Shown here: positions 1-9,800 of the stretch, piece after piece
Position numbering within the stretch: the first letter of the stretch is position 1
Layout: the number at the start of each line of letters is the position of its first letter
Assembly: GCF_000981445.1 (NCBI RefSeq)
Contig: NC_027218.1
Span: forward strand, 1,984,001-2,048,000
Source: Babesia bigemina
Taxonomy: Eukaryota
Direction: 5' to 3'
DNA length: 64,000 nt
The notes under the pieces: model-generated
Database searches by the model: none
What the model was told of the DNA's origin: nothing
Seen by the model: the letters and a program-made list of their open reading frames with translations, nothing else
Translations under genes and position numbers: made by a program

Positions 1-684
1 GGATGATGTAGGCTGGGTGTCGTGTGTCGTCACCCCTGACGCGACCCATCTTGCTGCGCACGTTGCTGAGGACCTGCTTCATGTACTTGTCCTTGTCGCT
101 GTCCTCGGCGTTGTCGAACTCGCCATTGTCCTCTGACGATCGGTCGGCCTGCAGAGCGTGAGTTCGGCGTTAAAAGTTGGGAGACCCACCATGAGTCCGA
201 TCTTGCTTATGAGGTTGCATATGGAATGCAGCGCAGGCACCAGCCAGTTGTAGTCCACCGTTGTAAGGCCCAAGTACAGGTCCATCCAGATGCTAGAAGC
301 GCATTAATACGCCGTATTTGCAACTAACTCTAGAAGTTTGGACGATCTTTTCAGTATCTCATCCCATGGCGCCAGCCCGTTGGAGATGAGGATGGCCACC
401 TTGATGTAGTGGGAAAGGAACAGACGCATCTCGGCGCCATACACCGAGTCGAACTTGCCAAAAGACTTTTGGCAAACCTGCTCTATCTTCGCCTGCAGTA
501 CATTGTGTGTTGTTGCGGTCGGTACATATGGTCATACCTCGTCAAATCCCCGGGCGCCCTTGAGCCGGAGCTTATCGCACTTGCTTCGTATTAGAATCGC
601 AAGCGCCCTGCCGTCGCGGTTGTCGACGGCTCTGACGAACTCCGTCGCCCATGATTGGACTTGGGTGTGAAGTGTCGCCGGCAT
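1..684 (-). CDS. PCI-domain protein (PCID2/CSN12/Thp1-like), 5' part, multi-exon, runs off the left edge
   Basis: Manual splicing across short introns gives MPATLHTQVQSWATEFVRAVDNRDGRALAIL...AKIEQVCQKSFGKFDSVYG...WMDLYLGLTTVDYNWLVPALHSICNLISKIGLM...KYMKQVLSNVRSKMGRVRGD. This resembles the N-terminal half of apicomplexan PCID2/CSN12 proteins (from memory). Confidence 0.55.
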
Positions 685-1131
685 CGCGATACCTGGCCGT
701 GCCCTATCAGCTCCTGAATATCGCCTTTTGCTGACACCTCTAGTCTATCGGCTGGCACGCCAGAAGATATCACTGGCGAGTTGGATGGCTCATCCGAAGA
801 AGGCTCTGCAAACGCCGGGGTGTAGCAGCGTCGACGTTACGTGTTAGAAGTTTCCTCTGGAAAACGGGCTACGGAAGGCTAATGAAGGCGCCGCTTTATC
901 GGCAGCCCAGCAATATTAATATAGCATTTTGCGAATGTACCCTGGTGTGTGTTAGGTGCGCCTTCCAAGCATCACAATTCTCTGGGCTAGTGGTCAGCGC
1001 GCGCCTCGCAACCACTCCCCGTTGATACTCTGCCGGTAATCGCAGAATTTTCCACAATTTTGTCTAGTTGGTAGGCACGCTACATGTAGTGGTAACGGAG
1101 AAAGTGAATTATACCGGCTCCTTACGACGTC

Positions 1132-1930
1132 ATGACAGCGGAGTCGAAGGGTGTCTTGCTATTCCAGCTTGCCCCAAACTTTCCCTTCTATTCACAGGTT
1201 AGCAGCGACTAGTTTTGTCATCATGTGTAAAGTGATTGTGGATGTTAGAAAGTCGTTCGTTCAGATTCTTATAATCTCGTAGGTCATATGCTCTCGCCAC
1301 GTACGAGACGACGGTTCAGACAAGTTTGGAGATGTGCCAGAAGGGAGGGCAATTTTCTTGCGGTCTTTGGACCCGTGTCTACGCCGTGAAAACATATCAA
1401 GAGGCTTGGAGAGCTTCGGAACTGTGGAAGTGAGAGTGCTGCCAAAAGCATCGCATTCCGACCCTGGCAGGTCGGAACATTCAGGCATGTTTCATGCCAT
1501 TCTAGACGACGAAAAAGCCGCCAGTAAGCTGATGGCGGATTCTCGTCGTATTGATGGTGCTGTAATCAACGCCAAATCGCATAAATCCAGAGATGGTCCG
1601 ACCTTTCTCTCAGCAGCACTCCAGCGCCGCCGCGGCCAGTATCGGGGAATGGACATTTTGCAGAAGAACGCTGACGAGCGACTAGTTACCTACGACGTGG
1701 AAGAATATGTCGCTGGCCGATTGGAGCGCGAAGTGACTGTTGATGACGAGGGATTCACCCTGGTCACACAAGGGCCGGAAGCCGTAAAGGCGGGTGCATC
1801 ACGGCGTCCGGCGAAACGCTCTAAGAAAATATCTACCACAACTGTCGAGTTTTATCGTTATCCAAACAAGGAAAAAATGATGTACGTTGCGGCTGGCGAT
1901 ATAGCTGAGGCAGCAGATAACGTTTCATAA
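1132..1930 (+). CDS. RRP7: Ribosomal RNA-processing protein 7-like (RRP7), probably spliced at the 5' end
   Basis: ORF 1334-1930 has an RRM-like segment and the RRP7 C-terminal signature VDDEGFTLV...EFYRY. An upstream ATG at 1132 is followed by a GT donor at ~1198. Exon boundaries are approximate. Confidence 0.7.
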
Positions 1931-4213
1931 CGTAGTTGCGAGCGAACCTGCGGTCAGGGTTGGGGTGCCTTATAAACTCAAAATCAATCTCGTCTAAACT
2001 TTTACTTGATATACATCATACTGATGTGCATGTTTGTCTGGAAAAGGGCCAAATGATCTAATCCCTTGTGAGCAAATACTACGGCAGGGAGCAGTAGAGC
2101 TTGCAATATGCTGCTTTAATGTCAGTGACCAATACATAACCATCCGCTGCAGGCGAGCATGAGATTAGACAACAAAGTTTGTTAGTATCTCATTACAAAG
2201 GTGTTTACGGCTTAGTAAGAGTTTTGTTTCTTCGTGACACGTGCCTGATGTATGCATAATACGTGCGCTTAGAGCACATAATGGTTGATGTTTGCTTGAT
2301 TAGGATTCTAAAATTCAAAGTGAAATGAGGTTATTGTAGCGAGGTTGGGAAATGTTGAATATTCTTGCACTGCTTATTTAGAATCCCAAAGTAGAGACCT
2401 ATAACCACTAAATGCAGCAAAACAATGAATGGAACGTCAAGCCGCATTATCTATAGGTTTGCTGTTAGGTGAAATGTGAGTGACTGTAGTGTAACACAAC
2501 ATCATCGTGCTTATAAGTGCGATATCTTGCTGGGCATGCCGGCGCGGGCGGCGACGAGTAGTAATTGGGCAACGATGCTGTGCGACGCGGGCGCCCTGAG
2601 ATGTAGCGAATGTGGAGCGCGTCGAGGCGTACGAAGAGAACGTAGACGAGGGAGTGTGACCAGCAATAAAAATGGTAGCCTAAACTTATGCCATGATAGC
2701 GAATGTTGGTATATCCAATGTTTTAGAATCAAATATGACATAGCTAAGTGGATGAATAAGGCTGTGGGAGTCCACTGTAGGGGTTGCTTGGGGATGTTAG
2801 AAAAATACGAGTAAATTTCTTTTAAGGTATTTTCGGAATCCCGTAGAACGATGAAAAAAATTAATCCGAATATTACAAAAGTTACGCCAGCGGCGATTTA
2901 TGTAGCGATAATTTTACTTTGACAACATGAACATTCACAAGACCATCTTTGACAACCCGTATAAGACTTAGTACAGCAATCGCCACTATGTTTAGAGCAC
3001 GTTCACATCGTAATCTCATCCTGGTCCTATTGCAATAAATCTGTGCAGCGATTAAAGACGTAACTCAACCTGGAACAGTACTGCCGCCTAGCCGTACACG
3101 CCGAGCGCTCCAAGAAAGCCCGGAGAGCTTCAGTGCGACCTACACCCAAAGACGCTATACTGCGCATGTAGCGCACAACATGTTTACAAGAATGTTAGAC
3201 GCATGTGGCACGATATAGTAGATGTGAACGTATGCTTAACTGTAGTCAGAATTACGCAGTTCTAAGTCCACCTTGTACAGGCAACTCCAGTGTCACCGCA
3301 ATCGCCATTTACCAAGCTGTAGACGAGTTGGCATATGCTTAGGCGAGTTGCGATTCGTCAATACAATTTTGGATACTAGCACAATTTCCGTTATGTGGTC
3401 TGTAATTACGCACAATCGTGGTTTATACGTCAAACTATTCCAAGGCTTCTCGTGGATTATTACGCCTCCACACATCGTGAAGCCCACGTCCGCAATGCTA
3501 ACATATCATTGGTTGCTTCAACTGATTAAGTTATCTCATCTTATAGTGTGCTATGTGGCTACGTGCCTTGGGCCGGTTTTCGTGTTTGCGGGGCTAACGC
3601 CTCACGCTGAAGCCGCTTGCGGGATCCACGCCGGTCCATTGCCGGACGTCACTGGTGCCATCCATGCGGGCATCCATCCAGGTTGGGCACGAGGGTCTTC
3701 TACGGAGCCGTAGTCTTCTCTGGGTATCATATCGCTCATCACTATTTTACGTGTTTCGTGGATCACTACCCGTTGCACGTGGATTCCGTTATGCTTTGCG
3801 CATTATACGTTGGATTACCGGATTCCGGATAGTTCGTTATTGCTGGGTACTGTCTTACTGAGTCGGTCCACGGAGAAACGACATTTTTGCCTCGCTCTAC
3901 ATCTCCACGTACAATAGCCCCGCTGCCCCATTGTGATACAGCACTACTGAAATGCATTAGGCGGGTATTAACAACTGAGTCTTGATCTAAGAGGCAAAAT
4001 GCGAAATTGGCTGAGTGCACCCAACATCCGTGCACAATGGGGTTACACTGGCGTAGCCAGGATATTACCGATGTTAAACTTAGTTATGCTGAGTTACCTC
4101 CACGTGTGATTATTATATATCATATGAGAGACCATTTAGTTTAGTGGAATTACCAAATTGACATCGGATGTGACTTGGCTACTGTGGGACTATGTGGACT
4201 TCGTTGCCCATGG

Positions 4214-4441
4214 TTATTTATTGGATGGAAGGCTTGGAGATTTTCGGAACATATTGGAGAACACGTCTGTTTCCAATGCCACAATCCCGACGTTGAAACA
4301 TATGGCGAATATTAAGAGAGAACAAGCAACGCCTATCAACACCCCTGGCAACATGTATTTGAATGTACAACTGGAGCATAACTTGATTGTATACTTACCG
4401 CCCTGTTGACTAACGTCACACGACTTACACTCGAAACTCAT
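4214..4441 (-). CDS. Small hypothetical membrane protein, CxxC-x13-CxxC plus TM helix (75 aa)
   Basis: ATG-initiated ORF MSFECKSC...LCSSC followed by hydrophobic MLPGVLIGVACSLLIFAICFNVGIVAL. Confidence 0.4.
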   Translation of the reverse strand: MSFECKSCDVSQQGGKYTIKLCSSCTFKYMLPGVLIGVACSLLIFAICFNVGIVALETDVFSNMFRKSPSLPSNK

Positions 4442-5109
4442 TGTCTTAGAAGCTGTTTCGAAAATGCACCCTGCAGAGCGATAAACAACTTACCTCACTA
4501 CTATATCACTCTGTGAAGTAAATACATAGAATGACGATACCCATAAATTTACTATACCATCCTTATTGTGCTGGGGCAAAAATATCTGCGATCTCGCAAA
4601 TCTGACGCACCATTAATATCCACTCCCAGCATGCATTATGATGGTACTTCCATAACAAGTGAAGACGGGACGGCACTTCAATGTACATCATCCCAGACCA
4701 CTGTAGCAACCCCACCTATAATCTGCTTCGTTCCAAGATATAGATGCGCAGCGGAGCCCCTAGTTGAGCTGCGGCACGATTTTACCATTGTAGTGATTAC
4801 TACAATGTTGCCACTATAAGCGTCATCTAATTCACATTCCACTCACCAACCCACCTGATGGCCCGTCACGTCAGATGGTGCATCATTCATCAGGTGACAT
4901 CCTGGACTACCATCTGTTCAGTTCCACTTTGCTCACGACATGAGGTCAACAACTCCAATTAATTAATTAGAGCGATCCCATGTCAGCACATTTGCGTAAA
5001 CTAAATGCTTGCCGGTTAGGTGAGGATATACTCAAGCAGAGGGATTGGCGGTGCGTGAGGCGCAGGTTTTGCATCCGTTCTCAAACTCCTTATTGCAAGC
5101 ACCATCTTC

Positions 5110-5250
5110 TTATTTACGATGCATAAGCCACAAGCCGTCAATCATGAAAATGATGACGAGGAAGATGAGGGCGACGGCGGCGATGATGATGTAAGGGATG
5201 GGTGTTACGGTCACCTCGCTGCTTATGTTATTGGTCATCAACGTAATCAT
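5110..5250 (-). CDS. 46-aa single-TM micro-ORF (not in the ORF track)
   Basis: Manual translation: MITLMTNNISSEVTVTPIPYIIIAAVALIFLVIIFMIDGLWLMHRK*. The TM-coding ATC/GCC/GTC run resembles that of the adjacent mini-gene. Confidence 0.35.
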   Translation of the reverse strand: MITLMTNNISSEVTVTPIPYIIIAAVALIFLVIIFMIDGLWLMHRK

Positions 5251-5336
5251 TACTGTCTATAACATTAGATGTCAGCTGGCAGTTGGGTGATCAGTGGGAT
5301 TTGGATTACAATGTTTGCGCTAACAAATTGTCGAGA

Positions 5337-5885
5337 TCAGCTGTAGAACGCGATGCAGAAGGGTATCTTGCGGACGAGGAAATCGCGGATGTTGCGGCCT
5401 ACCGGGAAGCGGAAGATGCACAGGTCGAGCAGGATGATGGCGACGATGATGGCAACGATGACGGCGGCGATGGCTTGGGGGTCAGGGGGGGAAAGTGTGG
5501 AGGCTTCTTCAGTATGTTCGCCGATTGAAGGCTGTGCCTCAGAGAAATCGGACAACTGCGCTTGACTGACGGACTCGGAGTGAAGACTGGAGGGAGCAGC
5601 GGGAAGTGGTTGAATGACGGAATCAGGGGCTTTGCAGGTGGCATCATTCTCTTGACATTTCTGTCGACAACAGTTACATTGACACTTGTAAATGTCTGTA
5701 CAGGGTTTATTTCCGGCACCACATCCTTTGTAATGGCAGTACTTGTTACGCACACATATTAGGTTATTTCCGTAACATCCATCGCAACTTCCGCGAGTCG
5801 TACATTTATCACAGCACCACGGACAGCAATAGCACCAATGAAACGCTTTACATCCAGTATTACATATACACTAGTAATAACTCAT
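5337..5885 (-). pseudogene. Cys-rich mini membrane protein, copy A; in-frame TAG at codon 5 (pseudogene or spliced)
   Basis: ATG at 5885 reads MSYY*CICNTGCKAFHWCYCCPWCCDKC... in frame with ORF 5337-5753, which ends AIILLDLCIFRFPVGRNIRDFLVRKIPFCIAFYS. Paralogous to 21974-22378 and 63286-63648. Confidence 0.65.
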
Positions 5886-5914
5886 CTTCCCCTTCCCTTC
5901 CCAGTCCCCTCAAC

Positions 5915-6103
5915 CTGCGAACATATCAATAACCTAGCAACGCACTCACCAACTGCAACACTACCACTGCCGCTCCCACTCCACTCAGCCTGCAAACTAT
6001 CAATCACTCAAGCAGCACTCACCAACTGCAACACTACCACTGCCGCTCCCACTCCCCTCAACCTGCAAGCATATCAATCACTTAAGCAGCACTCACCAAC
6101 TGC
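5915..6103 (-). repeat. Tandem repeat, 73-74 bp period, ~2.5 copies; each unit is a GT-AG intron-like segment plus a 40-nt exon-like segment
   Basis: gcactcaccaactgca recurs at 5942, 6015 and 6089. On the minus strand there are GTGAGTGC...GCAG segments at 6096-6063, 6022-5990 and 5949-5915. Confidence 0.85.
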
Positions 6104-6833
6104 ACTCATGAACACGCACCTCGGCAAGGACACTGACCATCCCCCATCGGCGCCACGGTAGCAGCAAGATGATGACCACCCAGTGCACCGCCACTCACAT
6201 CACAACTATGCAGCTATCACAACTGAAGTACAACCAAGCTAAAGCATGTTGATACCATCCAGGCCGTGGCATGCAGGTTAACCAGTGCCAGATGGGCAGC
6301 CAACTGCATCCATCACAGACCGTATAAAGTTGCTGCCGCCGCTTATGAATATCATCACATTTGTGACATGAGTGCCTATGTGAGGCACATTTATTGGTTA
6401 ATACGTTCCTCATGTTCGCCGTTACGATCCATGCAACGCAGCCACGCTGTCCACTGTCCATCACATAAAAGACGCAGCAGCTTCCATTGCCTAAAGACTC
6501 ACATTGCCTACACTACAACTACTAGCTCGGCAACAACATAGCAACTCACCTACTATGGCCATCGCCAATTGCCTGCGTTGATGATCAATCACCCAGTTTT
6601 ACAGCACTGGCCACGTGAGATGCCGTAGACATCTCTCACAGGTAACTCACAACTCAGCTTACCTGATTCAGTTGTCTCTCAATTGGGCTACATGTGCATA
6701 GTTGTGCCTGGAAGCAGTCACGCTTTTCTCTCACCACGGTGCCATAGATGCTGCCGTAATACAACTAACCACTAGTGCTGTAGTGCGATCCATCACAAGG
6801 CAAGTAATGACTAGATGAATGAGGTAATGATTA

Positions 6834-9800
6834 TTAAAGAGCAAGTTGACCAATAGGGTCCTCGTCGAAGTAGTCGACGTCCTTGTAAAGTGATAACATC
6901 TTCCGTCCTTTAGTGAGTAAGGCCTTGACGTCGATGTGGTGGGAAGCCTTAGTGCGAATAAGGTGTGATCGGATGTGGAGCACGTCCAGGCGGTACAGCA
7001 TCGTGTTGGCGAGGACCAGCAATGCTGTGGACCACAGTGCGACGAGGGTGAAGATGAATGGCTCCCGGATGTTGTAGAGGAAATTGTCCATGGCAGTCAT
7101 GAGTGATGCGATAGGCCCACCGTTGACAATTTCCTTCAGCTTGGAGATGACGTCTGCACATTTGAGTGGTGACTGCAATCCCATCTCCGGCGGCGTGATC
7201 CCGTGAGTGTAGAGGAGGGGAAGGGCAGTGGAACACAAGTAAAGCGATGAACACTTGATACTAACGTGCTTCTTGAGATCATAATGTAGTTTTTCGAGTG
7301 ACTCCCGCAGACTGTCCGGCAGGTACACCGTCCAGCTGAGGTAGGTGTGGGCGAAGCTCTGGGAGTACAGGGCGTAGGCCCGGTAGGTGATTGGCGAGCA
7401 ATGCTGGGGGCAGTTGGCAGTGGCACTGCTGCATCCAACCAGTGTGGACAGCGTACGGGGATGCTCGTTGTTGTGGTTAGAGTTGTGTTTGGATATGAGA
7501 GCCTCGGTACCCCGGATGCCTTTGACGGCGTGGAGGGAAGAGTTCTTGAGACGGTCCCAGTCGGGGCAGTCGGGGTGTGGATTGCAGAGTGAGGTGCCAA
7601 GCTTGGACAACTTACTCTGATCGAAATCGTGCAACTCGATACCGAAATGATGGAAGAACGACACCAACTCCCCGGTTGTGCGCGGCGTCCGCCTGGTGAG
7701 GCAGTTGAGGTAGGAGCACAAGGTCAGCAAGGGGTCATCGCCGCCGCAGCTGGGAGTGAGGATGGAGGAAATGGCACTGCCTTGTTGCGATGACTTAGGC
7801 AAGTCATTCGCCTGAAATCCCATCCTGACCCTGCTCTTGTGGCACAGGTTGCACGGGTCGAAGGGGTGAGTGTCGAAGTCGGAGTCCCAGCCGTCAGTCA
7901 GGAACGCCTGGAGGGGGGACTTGGAAGCAGTGATGTCACTGCCATACCCACAATCTTGCCACCCGCCACTTAGTTTGTCCCGACTACATTGCGACTTGAG
8001 GAACTGCAACTGGTGGCAGCAGGCGTAGACGTAGTCCCGCAGCTGGCAGAGGAGGGCGCAGCAATCAGGCTCATCGGATGACTTAGGCTGCACAGTTCTT
8101 GTTGCAACACTAGCTCTCCAGTTAGGTGCGATAGCGGTGAGCACGGAACCTGCAAACATGGCGGTAAGCTGGAGTATGTCGAAGACATCTGTGGGTCGGA
8201 CGTAAGAACCGTTGACGGAAAGTGCAAGCTGTGAAGGGTCGTCATGTAAGCCACCAAATGCCCTTTTAATACATTGTTTCAGGGTATCGTGATGCTTTGG
8301 GTTCCGAAGCCCTGCGAGCCAAGTGAGCATATCCCGGACAGTGCGCGGGGCCTGCGATGGGAACAGCTCTGTCTCGGGGATGTCGGGGGAGTCTCCAGTT
8401 TTGGTCTGATTCATCCACGGGGCAATGCACATTTTAAGGTCGGGTCGACTGATAATATCTGGACTGAAATCTTCGGGTGGTGGCAAGGGTTGTTCTGGCC
8501 CCGGAGGCGGTATATTGAATGAGATTGCTGGAAATGGTGGATCTACGAAGTCAGTTGGCGTCTCATTTGTAATATGGGTTGAGTCATCATCGAAATCCAA
8601 ATCGAAGTCGAGATCGTCGTCTGGCAATGTATGTTTGGCGACTTGAATGTCGAAATGCGGTAGTTCATATAAAATTGGTGAGGGACGTCTCGGGGCATGC
8701 TCCGTAATGACTTGTGGGATACCCATGCTCTTAATCGCCTCAATTGCGTCTGAGTTCTTTTTGGCAACTTCATCCCTATGGCGTTTTTCTTCCTTGTCTA
8801 GGCTTTCTTTTCGGCGCTGAACATAATCATTCCAATCATCACCTGCCGATTTACGTTGCAACTTGCCGATATCATCTTCTTGTAAGTGGCGTTTATCAAC
8901 CATAGGTGTACCATCCGCAACTGTAAAGGCTTGGTACTTATAGGATTCGGGTTGTGATGGCGTAACTATCTTACCAGACACAAGCCCTTCTGCAGCCGTA
9001 CTCTGATCTTGAACATGATGTAGAAATTTTTGTAATTCCACATCACGTGCGTCTTTAAATTTTTGCTCTGTTTCCAAGTTAAGTGCAAGTTGCAATTGTT
9101 TTTCAGTAAGGATATCATGAAGTGCATCATCACTTTTGCGTTTACGTTCACTGTCATTCTGATCTTTGTACGGATCCGGAATTACACCGCCATCAACGGA
9201 ATACATTGACAAAAAGTCGTCCTGATGGTTATTAATGACATATGGATATTGATAGATAGGCTGAGATCCATCTAAATCTACGGATGGAGCGCTTTGTATT
9301 TTCTTCAATTCCTCTTCTTGTGCTATACGGTGATCGTCCAACTTTTTTTGCAACGCCTCTGCGGCCGCCCTCTTTCTCTCCTGTTGCACTATAGCATAAT
9401 CATCGGACTGCTTTAGTAATTTTCCCGCTTCTTGTCGTTTTCTCCATTCTTTATCTTCCGTTTTAATCTTCTCGGCATCTTTATTCCATCGGTCTTGTAC
9501 GTCACGCAACGCCTGATCATGCTTTGCTCGCACTTTTACAGCCACGCGTTTTTTACCCAATTCTCCATTTCTGCGCATTTCCTGTTGTACACGTTTCAAA
9601 GACTTGTCCGGTATTGATTCACCGTCGAAGTCTAGAGAAGGAACATCCCTTATGCCCATGACACCCTTCCTGGGTCTACCATCTGCTGGAACGTAGTATG
9701 GCTTCGCATGACGATTACGTCCATCGGTAGGATGCTGGAAAGATCCTTGAGTAGTGTGGTTGGGGTGATTGACACTGGTCGAGACAGTTTTGTACTGCGT

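Noticed and set aside
2000..4200. Several 60-146 aa ORFs at the left edge of the island
   Set aside because: No coding bias or motifs recognised; no tRNA, rRNA or transposase signature was seen here or elsewhere in the window.
5915..6103. CRISPR-like repeat-spacer appearance
   Set aside because: Both alternating segments are repeated, the context is eukaryotic and there are no cas genes.
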